Shown piece after piece: positions 37,751-49,892 of a DNA stretch of 64,000 bases (the stretch's first letter is position 1; each line of letters starts with the position of its first letter). The notes below the pieces were generated by a model, which had not been told where the DNA came from, ran no database searches, and saw only the letters and a list, made by a program, of their open reading frames with translations. Made by a program: the position numbers and the translations under genes. The stretch is taken from the NCBI RefSeq assembly GCF_001194135.2, contig NC_068992.1, positions 6,409,572 to 6,473,571 of the forward strand. Direction: 5' to 3'. The stretch is from Octopus bimaculoides. Lineage: Eukaryota.

Positions 37751-37786
<36 letters not shown>

Positions 37787-38499
37787 CAGAGAGTGTCAGA
37801 CAAATAAACGCTAGCAATGACATAGAAGAAGAGAAGTTAGGGAAAAGAAAAAATAGAACGAGGACATTTAATCATAAGGTACTATTGTATGACAGACATT
37901 AAATTACGTATGTGAATGTGTGATTGTACGTACATTGTGCTTGCGAAAGTGTCATATCTGTCACTGTGTTTGCGTGTCATAAATGTGCATATTGTTGTTG
38001 TTTCTTGTCCTTACCAGTTCTTATCAATGAAAAACTGGTGGGTGGGTGGTCAAATCTTAAATATTTTAGAGGAAACACTTTATTATTTGATTACTCCATT
38101 TTACATCTCAGTTCAAACTCATCTCTGATTCACGCTGTTTTTTATTTTTTATTTTCCTGAAGACTATTAAAGAAGTACATTATTCTGTATAATCACCTTA
38201 TTCTCCACAGCATATTGTTCAGTGTATGGTCGCAATCCAATCATTGAATCTGGTGGGATAAATATAAAGATTCAATGAATGATGCTAAAAGGTGATGATA
38301 TGTAAGTATATAACCTTTCTATTACTTTTTAATTCCATTAGACATTCTAAAATACTATTAAATTCCGTTCAATTTTAAAAAAGGTAAAATCGGACAGAAC
38401 TTATGGGATGACCTGATAAAAGGCGATATTGTCTGCTTTAACTACTACAACCTTGTGTAGGTTCATTCGTGACACGTGACAGCAAAGAAGAACAGACAT

Positions 38500-38945
38500 T
38501 CACACTCTGCGCACGATTAGACTCGAAAAGTTTGTGAGGAACCGATTGACCCAATTTGCTGACTTTTCCGATGGCACGCAGATGTCGATGAACCAATTCC
38601 AAGTTTTTCTGCTAGTTCTTCAACAGTTACAATGGCATTTTGCTCCACCAGTGTTTGCAGGACGTCTTCATCGAGCTCTACAGATTTTACAGGACGAGGC
38701 TCGTCTTCTAGGCTGCACTTTCCGGCTCGGTATTTCTGGAACCACCTTTGACACTGGCTTATGCTTATTATCCTATACCCATATATTGCATTAATATTCC
38801 ACGCACTTTCCGTCGCGTTGTAGCCTTTATTGAACTCAAAAAGCAAAATATGCCGAATATTCTCCTTTGGAATAATATAGCTTTGGAAAAATAACTGTCA
38901 GAATCAGACTACACAATTCAAAACTTATACGAAGTATGATGGCAG
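38500..38945 (-). mobile_element. Mariner transposase N-terminal (HTH DNA-binding) fragment, pseudogenised
   Basis: ORF 38517-38846 reads LLFEFNKG.NATESA.NINA.YG...IS.SQCQRWFQK.RAG..SLEDEPRP..S.ELDED.L..LVEQN...TVEELAEKLG, the mariner/SETMAR-type HTH. After a frameshift the KVSKLGQ.VPHKL linker (WVPHEL-like) is visible. No DD34D domain. Confidence 0.92.
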
Positions 38946-39093
38946 GATAAAATGACTACTCGCTTTTATAGCAAGTTGATGCAGGTCGTTTATCCCGTTC
39001 CCCGCTGACCTTCAGTTCATGCAACTGAAAAAACTGCATTATTTATGTGATTACCCAATATATACATACATGTATATATGCATGCATACATAC

Positions 39094-39126
<33 letters not shown>

Positions 39127-39142
39127 NNNNNNNNNNACACAT

Positions 39143-39175
<33 letters not shown>

Positions 39176-39194
39176 TACACACGCACAAACATTA

Positions 39195-39335
39195 CAAGAA
39201 GGTCTTCTTTCAGTTTCCACTTACCATGCCCTCCCACAAAGTCGGCCCGGGCTTATGGTAGAATGTATTTGCCCAAGTTATTACGGTGTGGGGCTGAACC
39301 CAAGCCCACGCGGTTTGGAAACGAACTACTCAACC
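39195..39335 (-). mobile_element. SINE family A 5' portion adjoining CA/TA microsatellite
   Basis: GGTCTTCTTTCAGTTTCCACTTACC...GTCGGCCCGGGCTTATGGTAGAA...GGGCTGAACCC. Confidence 0.8.
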
Positions 39336-39779
39336 ACATTCCCACGTTTTATTTTATTTTTAAGCACCAGTTTTATCCAATTGCTTTGATAACTTCATTG
39401 GATCAAAGTTTTTCAACTCTGTATGAGAAATCCCCACGCGTATTCGCCTACATTGCAAATAAACCTAGTTTATAACCCTACATTCATAAACTGGGTCGTT
39501 CGAGGCTTAAACTGATGACATTGACTGACCGTTCCCCAGTGATTTCTCTCTCTGCCAATCTATAAAGAATGATGTCAGCTCGTTTCCTTGCAGAAAACGG
39601 AGTGTTTCATTGTATAATCGAAGAAATATTTTCTTTCAATTTATTAATATGTATGGCAAACTACTGAACTCAGACTGAATTCTATGAGTGGATCTCTTAG
39701 CGAATGAATTGTGCGTGTGTATGGTGGAGATGGCTAAACGCCACAAAACATATTCTTTATATATTGCCTCAATACACTT

Positions 39780-39972
39780 CGCCATTCTGAAATGTCTCTG
39801 GCTCACAGTGTTTCTCTCACTCTCTCCTCCTCCTTCTCCTCCTCCTTCTCCTCCTCCTTCTAGACCATTCATTCTGCCATCTACTTTCCTTAAACTTATA
39901 TATTCTGCTATATCCATTCATTTTTCTCTTTCCGTATATCTATCTTGTCTCTCTCTCTCCCTCTCCCTCTCT

Positions 39973-40012
<40 letters not shown>

Positions 40013-40172
40013 NNNNNNNNNNNNNNNNNNNNNNNNNNNNNNNNNNNNNNNNNNNNNNNNNNNNNNNNNNNNNNNNNNNNNNNNNNNNNNNNNNNNNNNN
40101 NNNNNNNNNNNNNNNNNNNNNNNNNNNNNNNNNNNNNNNNNNNNNNNNNNNNNNNNNNNNNNNNNNNNTCTC

Positions 40173-40214
<42 letters not shown>

Positions 40215-41909
40215 TCTCTCCTAATCACTGTCTCACTTTCTCTCTCACATTATTCTCGCTCTCTTTCCCCTATTTTCTTATGCTTCTTGCTTCTCTACAT
40301 TTTCCTCTCTGTTTTTCTTTTTTCTTTTCTTTTCCTTTTCTTGGTTCACTCATTCGAGTGTGACCACGCTGGGGCACTGCCTTGAAAACGACTGTATCCT
40401 GGCAACAATATTTCTCCAATCTTTCTATTTCTATAAATCCCCATCTTTCTTTTCCTGTATCGCATTCCTGTCTATCTTTCTATCTATTCTGTCTACTCAC
40501 ACTTATTACCATCTTCTCAATACTTTTCTCCTCATCCATTCTTTTATTCTATTATACTTTTAGTCTTTTACTTGTTTCAATCATTAAACTGCGGCCATGC
40601 TGGGGCACCGCCTTTGAAGGATCTTTAGTTGAATGTATCGACCCCTGTACCCATTCTTTATAAATCTGATACTTATGCTATTGGTCTCTTTTGTCAAACC
40701 GCTAAGTTGCGGGGAAGTAAACACACCAGCACCGGTTGTCAAGCGGTGGCAGGGAGGACAAACACAGGCACAAGGACACACACATATAGACATATATATA
40801 CGACGGGCTTCTTTCAGTTTCCATTTGCCAAATCCACTCACAAAGTATAGTCTGCTCGAGGCTGTAGTAGAAGACACTTGCCCAAGGTGCTACGGAGTGG
40901 GACTGAACCCAGAGCCATGTGGTTGGGAGGCAAGCTTCTTGTCATTCCGTCATTGGTTTTCTGCCTCATTCAATCTAACATTATACTTTTAACCTATTTC
41001 CTTAATTTCTTTCTCTGTAGCATCATTCGCGCTTTCAACTGATTTTTCTGAAGTGACGTATTCTTCTTCCATATATTCATCTCTAGCTGTATCTCGCCTG
41101 TTATATCTCTCTGTCTATCCTTCTCTTTATTTATCTGTTTATCTATCTTTCTATCTATTTATTTTGCCAGCTATCTAACTAACTATTTACATATTTGGTG
41201 GTACCTAAACGCCACGCATTCTATTTACTTTTATTATTTCTCCTTCCATATATTTTATCTTACGCCTCTATTTTTTACAACTCTGTCTTTATCCTCCCCA
41301 CCTCTCTCTCTCTCTCTCTCTCCCTCTCTCTTCCTCTCTATCTTTTTATCGCCTTTTATCTATCTATCTTTCTCATTCTCTTCTTCGTTCTCTCTGGCAG
41401 CATCCATCCTTATCTATGGATTATTTTCTCACAAAATCCCATCCATTTTTACATCTCTTAAATTTGCACTTTTCCTTTTAATTTGCCCTGGACATTTTCA
41501 ATATCTCTATTATTGTTTCTCTTTATCATTCTCTTGGTGTTCTCATTCACTCTCCTTCTTCCTCTCTCTCTCTCTCTCTATCTCTATCTCTCTTTATTCC
41601 TACCTCTTTCACGCTCTCTCTTTCTGTCTCTTTATTCCTACCTCTCTCACACTCTCTCTCTATCTATCTCTATTTCCTTCTGTCTTTCATTTTATTTTGC
41701 GCTTTCGTTTCTCTAGTGATTCTCATTAATCTTCTACAACTTTTTTCTCTTTCATTCCCACTCTTTCACTCTCTCTCACTCTCTTTCTTCTCCACCCACT
41801 TACTCTGTCTTACTTTCTCCTTTACTTTCTTTCCCATTTTCTGTATACACACAGACCTAGACACACACATACACATGCACGCACTTACTCACATACAAAC
41901 ACACACACA

Positions 41910-41948
<39 letters not shown>

Positions 41949-42046
41949 ATATATATATCTCTCTTATGTACTCTCATATTTTCTCCCTCCCTCCCACATT
42001 TTCACATTTTATTTTCACTATATCTCTTTCTCAACCTCTCTCCCCA

Positions 42047-42106
<60 letters not shown>

Positions 42107-42250
42107 ACTCTCTCTCTCTCTTTCTCTCTCTTCCCTTCTCCCTATCTTTCTCACTATCAACTCTCTTCAATTTCCGTCTAGATTTAAGCTTTCTCAAATA
42201 AATATGTTTCAACGAAACAATTGTTTTTTTACTCCACTCAGTCTCCATCT
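39780..42250. repeat. Long pyrimidine-skewed low-complexity domain (CT-rich + strand)
   Basis: Pure and degenerate (CT)n, (TCTA)n and (CCT)n over about 2.4 kb, interrupted by SINEs and one gap. Confidence 0.9.
40566..40940 (-). mobile_element. SINE family A, near full length
   Basis: TTTTACTTGTTTCAATC...GCGGCCATGCTGGGGCACCGCC...CACAC/ATAT linker...GACGGGCTTCTTTCAGTTTCC...GGGACTGAACCCAGAGCCATGTGGTTGG. Confidence 0.92.
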
Positions 42251-42269
42251 TTAAGAGGATTACTATGTC

Positions 42270-42640
42270 AACAGGAGCAAGGAAAACAATGACATCAGCA
42301 ATAGCAAGAACAACAGTAGCAGAGATGATGATGATGATGATGATGACGACGACGGTGGCGACGATGATGATGATGACGGCGACGGCGGCGGTGGTGGTGG
42401 TGGTACTTTTGATAGTCTAATGATGATGAGGATGATGATGATGATGACGGCAACGACGATTACGATGATGACGGTGATGATGAGGCCGACGACGACGATG
42501 CTGACCATGATAGCTACAATGACAGTGATGACAGCAGACACGACAACAGCGACAAAGTCGACGACAATGACAACGATGATGATGATGATGATGAGGATGA
42601 TGAGGTTTTTGGCGACTATATGATTATGAAGAAGCGGGGT
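42270..42640. repeat. Cryptic trinucleotide array (GAT/GAC/GGC/GGT/AAC)
   Basis: Read directly from the sequence; source of the ORFs at 42263-42796. Confidence 0.9.
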
Positions 42641-42789
42641 ATAAGGTAGAGGTGACGGAGCATTCATCGTGTGCAACACACACCCTGAAGCATGAGCACA
42701 TAATAAAATAAAGTTGCAAACACAGCATAGACACGCTTTAAGATTAATATCCAATAAAATAACACAACTCACATTGCACACAATAATAT

Positions 42790-45060
42790 GATACACAAAA
42801 ATAACGACAAGCTAATCCTAATACTAAAACAAATTGATACAGTACAGTCAGAGAAGGTGGATATACCTCTTACGATAACAGAAATAACTGCACGCAATGC
42901 AGTACACACCTCAAGAAGTACGAGGTGCTGGAAATGGCGCAGTAAAATTTCGCATGAAACTATCAAAAAAGTAACAACAACAACAATCTGTGTAAGGCAC
43001 AGGAACTCTGATATAAAGGGTACTTTACTAGATTGGTGTAGGATAGCTTGTCTCAATTAAGGGTAGATAGGCCGGAATTCTGTAGACATTTAAAAAAAAA
43101 AAACAAATGTAAGAAGCCTTCAGAGCAAGAATTACTTGAGTTTTAGAGAAACCTTTGCACAGGTGAGAAGAAACGAAGCTGTAATATAACTGTGATATGC
43201 TAAAGATTAACATACATAATCGAGGCACAAAGTTTATAGAAGACTAAACATGAGAAGAAATCAGCGCAGATGTTACGTTTCTATTGAAAAAGTCCAGAAA
43301 ATGTAAGACATCTGGTAAGGATAAGATCCCAAATGGTTGGCCAATGCTATCAATTTATTTGTTACCCAAAAATGATTAAACTAAAAGAAAGACGATGAGG
43401 AAATATGAATTAGATTCTGAACATCAGCTTGCTGAAGTAACAGAAACTTGAGAACTACAGGCCCATAACATGCATTACGACAACGTACAATTTTCTTACA
43501 TCTTTGTAATGGAACGTACTTATATTTTCCTCATTAACAACATTTTTCCCTGATGAATTAATAGCTATAAACATTGATAATACGGATGTTAATTAGCAGA
43601 ATTATTGTTGGTGATTGTCACAATAGCAAAAAGAAACATCTTTCAATGGCCTGGATAGATTACAAAAAAAAGCCTTCGATAATCTTCCCCAAAGCTAGAA
43701 ACAGGAATGCCTGGAGACATTCATAATTTCCCAAATAATCAGGAATTATTTTTCTCATGTCATGAAGCACTGAAAAATGACAATAATTTTCTACACGCAG
43801 ATTTTAACTATAAATTCTGAAGAAGATAATATCAGTTGTGGAATTTTCCACAGAGATTCATTATCTCTTGTTTAGCACTGTTTCTCCTAAGCAAACACCT
43901 GAATGAAACAACTTGTGAATGAAAGGTGTATGAAATAAAAAAAAAAGAACCATCAATTCAATTCATTCTCTATATAGGTGCCTTGAAACTTTGTACCAAA
44001 AACGACGATCAAATCTTCAAGCATTCCTTCAGAGAGTGAAACAATTTAGTGATGACACCAAAATGGAATTTCGGCCTGATAAAAGCGCCAAAGCAAACTT
44101 TGTCAAGGGAATATCAAATACATGCGCCATCACTCTACACAGAGATGGTGCAATAGAAGAATTAGAACTTGAAGGAAGTTATATGTATCTAAGTGTCTGA
44201 AGGAGCTGGAATTAAGCAATCACCAATTGGAGAAAATATAAGAAAGGAATGCCGTTGTAGAGTAAGAGCTATTCTGAAACAGAGTTGAATGCCAGAAACA
44301 AAACTTAGGCCATAAATACGTTAGTCAAATATGTATTCGTATACAGCTGCAATGTTACAAACTGGTTCTTTTCTGAGATCAGCAGAGCTAGTGCCAAAAT
44401 CCGAAAGCTGACAATACATCATGTATATCACAACGAATACACCTTCCGAGAAAAGATGGCTGTTGTTAATTAATACAATCTCAACTCTCAATGAAAATTG
44501 CAACTTTGTTGCTCACCTGCAACAAGCAAATGACTGCAAGTTACAGCTGGTTCAGTAACATAAAAATACCAAAAGTTACACTCACTGACGGAAATAAAAT
44601 TAATATATCTTCTGGAAATGTAGCTAATTGAACCAGTATCCGAAGACTGTGTTGTCTCTTTATTTAACAAAAACAAATAAGAAAAAATATAGCCAAATAA
44701 ACAACGTCTAGTACACTATTGGAAGCAAAGTGCACTACATGGCAAATACCTGATTAGAGTTCGAGACCTTGATGTTGACCAAACATTTACCTATCAGTGG
44801 TCAGCATGCACTGGTCACAAGCTACAAACAGAGGATTTTGTTATTGCTGCTCAGGACCAGCATCTCCCAACTAGGAATTACCAGTTAAATGTCCTGAAAC
44901 ATAAAAGCAGGCTATCGTGCCGCGGATGAGGAGAATATCCAGACAATTGGCCACATAATCTCAGGATGTGGCCGTAATGGTTATGCTGCGCTTCGCTGAT
45001 GAGGTTTAATAATATCAAAACATACAACAGAAATATCACTGTATTTCCAAACATCAGACT
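42790..45060 (+). mobile_element. R4/Dong-type LINE, decayed reverse transcriptase region
   Basis: Ordered motifs with stops and frameshifts: KTSGKDKIPNGW; ENYRPITCITTTYNFLTS; HLSMAWIDYKK.AFD; GIFHRDSLS (GIFQGDSLS); FSDDTKMEFRPDKSAK; GSYMYLSV (YKYLG); RVRAILKTELNARNK; QTEDFVIAAQDQHLPTRNYQ. Ends before the RLE domain. Confidence 0.9.
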
Positions 45061-45511
45061 CCCACACAGACACACACACTTCCCGCTTCACTTCATCCTA
45101 TTACTAATCTATTCAATTAATATTTAATTAATTTCAATTCTGAGGTTGTCTTCCAAGAATTTCTAGACCAGAATTAACCATTAAATTAACCTAATGCTAT
45201 TTTATTTCTTCATTACGATAATTCTAATTAAATATAAAAAATCATAACTCTTTATTAGTTTACTGTTAGCTCTAATGCATCTCTTTGCTTCTGAAGTATT
45301 GAAACACCAGCCTGGTATATTTTTATGTGTTTGTTGTTAAGAGGATAACTATCTTTCCTATAATTTTCGCTTCTTTTTCCTCGCCTTCAATTTTTCAGTC
45401 TTCTAATACACCCCCCCCCCACTTTCCTCTGGCCTTACTTCTAATTTTGCCTTCCTCATTTCCCGTTTCTTTTCCATTTTCTCACTTCTTTCAGTTTACG
45501 CATTTAGATGT

Positions 45512-45516
<5 letters not shown>

Positions 45517-45591
<75 letters not shown>
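45517..45591. repeat. (TC)n microsatellite within a CT-rich block
   Basis: Read directly from the sequence. Confidence 0.97.
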
Positions 45592-45595
<4 letters not shown>

Positions 45596-45998
45596 CTGTT
45601 TCTTACACTATATAAATTCACTTTCCACTTCGATTATTTCACTCTATAACTCAAACACACTCTTTCATTTTCTTTCATGCTCACTGCAATTTCATTCCAT
45701 TCGATACTCTTTTCTGTACTCACTCACTGCCCTCCTAGTATTCTCCTTCCCTCAAACGGAACTCTCACGCGTTTATCTACTTTTTTCTTCCTTCAACTAT
45801 GATTTTACATTCGGCATTATTTTTCTCTTTAGCCTCACATCCGTCCTTTCGGCGTCCTCACGGTAAATGAAATCATCATCATCGTCGTCGTCGTCGTCGT
45901 TATTATAATTATCATCATCATCATCATCATCATTACTGTTGTTGCATTTGTTATTCTGTGTTTCTATTGCACAAATTTACTCTTAAATAAACTATGGT

Positions 45999-46052
<54 letters not shown>

Positions 46053-46818
46053 AACGTTTAACTAAAGAGGGAAAAAATAAAGAATAATATTTGAAATGTG
46101 TCCAGAGAAATGGAAGTAAAGAAAAGATATTCTACAAAAAAATACGCCACCAAGCATATATAAATAAATACGTACGCCATAGTGTTTCGATGGAGGGACT
46201 GATGATGATGATGATGTATCATATGAAGGGTTTGAAATGAAGTGAAGAACATAAATAACGGTGTTTCAATAAAAAGGACGGTTCATAGAAGAAATTCAGA
46301 AGATAGATTTCAAAGCAACAGTTACTTTTTATTTTACATAATATCGATAATCAACGTAAATATAAATACTAACATTTCTAAACAAGTAGTATACACTGGC
46401 ATTTATTTCTTGTGTGTGTCGGTGTGTGTGGGGGGGGGGGGATATAACTAATGGAAATATGGTTTGCAAAAGAAGAATAATAGAATGCAAAATATATAAC
46501 TCATCTAATATATTGTCTCTAATATGATGAAATAAGAAAATGAGAACAAAATAAAATTATTCATAATTTTTTTTCTTCTCCGCCATCTCTACCACTAATA
46601 TTTATTTTTCAGTTCGGTTTGAAAGAATTAAATGCATATATCACGTGTGTTGATCTTTAAAATTAAATCACCGGAGCGGAATACAGAAACGAAAAGGCAT
46701 TGAATGCGAATTGTTTTAAAAAATGAAAATAAAAAAATAGGTAAGAGTTGAATAGATACTGGATAAATCTACGAGATATATTGGCTCATATTTCCTGTCG
46801 CCTATTGATATGTATATA

Positions 46819-46863
<45 letters not shown>

Positions 46864-47368
46864 NNNNNNNNNNNNNNNNNNNNNNNNNNNNNNNNNNNNN
46901 NNNNNNNNNNNNNNNNNNNNNNNNNNNNNNNNNNNNNNNNNNNNNNNNNNNNNNNNNNNNNNNNNNNNNNNNNNNNNNNNNNNNNNNNNNNNNNNNNNNN
47001 NNNNNNNNNNNNNNNNNNNNNNNNNNNNNNNNNNNNNNNNNNNNNNNNNNNNNNNNNNNNNNNNNNNNNNNNNNNNNNNNNNNNNNNNNNNNNNNNNNNN
47101 NNNNNNNNNNNNNNNNNNNNNNNNNNNNNNNNNNNNNNNNNNNNNNNNNNNNNNNNNNNNNNNNNNNNNNNNNNNNNNNNNNNNNNNNNNNNNNNNNNNN
47201 NNNNNNNNNNNNNNNNNNNNNNNNNNNNNNNNNNNNNNNNNNNNNNNNNNNNNNNNNNNNNNNNNNNNNNNNNNNNNNNNNNNNNNNNNNNNNNNNNNNN
47301 NNNNNNNNNNNNNNNNNNNNNNNNNNNNNNNNNNNNNNNNNNNNNNNNNNNNNNNNNNNNNNNNNNNN

Positions 47369-47605
47369 CCTGCTTCTCTTCAGTTCAAAGATTTGAGCAA
47401 AGTCGACTCCAATCTCAGGATCAACTTCGTGCAAACATGACGGCACGCTGCCAAAAGGCTGCTCTTTTAAATAGAAACGTTACTTGTCATTCTGTTTTGT
47501 GCCACGAAACAAAGCAGGCCATGCCGTCCACTCAAGAAAGCACATAGTAAATAATCCACAGGCACTCGAGCAAATTGAGTCCTCAACTTGTTCCATTTGC
47601 CAAAA
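47369..47605 (+). mobile_element. Possible RTE-type LINE C-terminal Cys/His remnant
   Basis: CFSSVQRFEQSRLQ.QDQLRA and, after a frameshift, C...RNKAGHAVHSRKH resemble the terminal 'FE..R.....R....C..C...C.S..GL.SH.R.H' of RTE ORFs. Confidence 0.4.
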
Positions 47606-47607
47606 GG

Positions 47608-47650
<43 letters not shown>

Positions 47651-49825
47651 AAATGAAATACTACCTTAGATGTGCTACGGTGTATTATAAACATAACTAA
47701 ATACAACAAACTTCTATTCTTCTGCTATCAACAGCCCTTCGTGCCTCACGAAAGCAGAAAGCCTGTCATATTTAAATGTATATCCTTTAATAAGGGGTTA
47801 CCAGTAATTTGCAAACACTGGTGTCGCTATAATACACGTTATGAATGAAATACTGGTTTGAGAAAACAATACAGGATAAAAAATACTGGAATACTTTTGA
47901 TCATGGCTCTGTCAACTATGGCTGACCTGGCACCAAATAGACCTTATGGCATTGTTTCAATTGATATTGACTCTAACTTTTAACGGTTTAACCCGATATT
48001 GCTGTCACATTGTAACATAAGCCACACTATTAAGCAGTTTGTTCATTTTCCTGCTAAGACTTCACCTGAAGCCATAACCGAAACACTGGACTACGAATAA
48101 GCGGTGTTCAAACCATGACATTGCTGTATTTTCTTTTTATATTTAAAATTACATCGTCAAGTTTGAATTTTTAAGCGGCAGGTAACGATTTCAGTAACAC
48201 TTGGTTTTATTTTTGTTTTTTGTTTTTTTGTTTTTTGTAGAAAATCGAGTGTCTGCATAAAGGCTACCTCGTTGGTTTGTCTTAAAGGTATTATTTCTTT
48301 ATTTGACCAAGAGAATTCGACTGAAATGATGTTGAAAGGCAAACAATTGATACTAGCAAATAGTGGGTAGAATGATGGCAATACTATAATTCTCAATCAT
48401 TGTTATTTCAGACCTAAAGTTACGTTAGCACGTCCTAAGTTCTTACAGTATTTGCCAGAGATGAGATTAAACTAATATTAGTTCTCGAACGAATATTTTC
48501 ATTTCCTAAATACATGCCGTATTCAAATAGAAAATAATTAGAATTGCAGAGTTGTCACCCCTTCGCATTGATCAAATTTAATTACTATTAACCATTGAGT
48601 CTACGTTTTTCTCTTTTCATTGAAAAGGTAAATTTAATTAATTTAAATTCATTTGCTCAATACATTAAGTATGTTAACACAAAATTAAATATATTATCAC
48701 AAAGAAACCAACGAGGGACGCTCTACCTCACCTCATTGAACCTGCTAGAAATAGCAACTAAATGTTATTTAAAGTACAGCCTACTACCATGGAAAAAAAA
48801 ACAAGATAAAGCAGGAGTGGGTTCACTGCATGAAAGAAACAGACGTGATGGTCAGGCTGGAATTCATTTGATCACAGGCTTGCTTGACCGTAGTTGACCT
48901 AAGCCAAACAACAAGAGCAATACCAGAAGTTTTTTGTATTTTATGAGATGAGTTATTAGACGCGTTGTTTGTTTTTTGACAATTAACTTCATTACATGTA
49001 CTGCTGAGAAAACGGTTAGATCAGGTTCAATCCATGCTCTAAATCAAGTCTGTCACCCAAAGTTGTTAAGTGATAATATTCGTAGACACATTTCTTTCAG
49101 CAATGCTTCCAAAGATGGGTGTATATTATCGGAAAACAAACAGTAGGACATAAGAATCAAAGCCACACACTTCGGAATGAGGAGCAGATGATTATGTCGA
49201 TCTCCAGCAAATGACTTGTACTTCTTGTTATCGACACCTTTCAGATGATGATAAAAAGCAAAGTCAGCCATACATTGATTTGAACTTGGAACGTTAAGAG
49301 ACGTAAACAAATTATGCGAAGAATATATTTTACCGAAGCAAACGACTGATAAGCTGCAAGTAAACATCTATGCGTTAATTTGAACCCTGTTAAAAACGGC
49401 AGTCAAGTTCTTTCAAGTTACGGCCAAATGTTTAAAAAATGATGGACACATTTCATTATGTGGCTCTTGATGTACAGCAACAGAAAAACAGACGAGCGCT
49501 TTTGTCATTGATCGATTTGAATAGGGTTAATCTGTGGATAAACAACAGAATCATCAGTTTTTCTACACAAGTTTAACATATTACTGTCAAATCGTTTTTC
49601 AGATCTGTTTTTCTCACATTTATGTACAATTTAGTGAATAAAATCAGTATTAGAAAGAATAAAATCTCAAATCAGATTAGGCAAAAAGAAAAGTTCAATA
49701 AAGAATTATATTTCATGTAAACTAAAAGTATAATTAAAGAGAAGATAATTTTGTATTTAGTTTTATTCTAAGTTTAGTTTTATTCTGTCTCATATACGTG
49801 ATAGAAGTATCTTAGCAGATCTCTA

Positions 49826-49892
49826 AACGGAAAACATGTTTTCTGTAGGCGGAAGACATGTTTACTCTGAGCGGAAAACATGTTGGTAACTG
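49826..49892 (+). repeat. 22-bp tandem triplet CGGAA[A/G]ACATGTT
   Basis: Cores at 49832, 49854 and 49876, exactly 22 bp apart. Confidence 0.85.

Noticed and set aside
35838-37823. Long ORFs (186-322 aa) in the track here and at 9345-10254, 46748-47547 and 57445-58078
   Set aside because: They consist mainly of X residues from N gaps plus dinucleotide repeats.
42263-42796. 177-aa minus ORF and poly-M/T/D plus frames
   Set aside because: Cryptic trinucleotide repeat; translation is homopolymeric with no splice or homology support.
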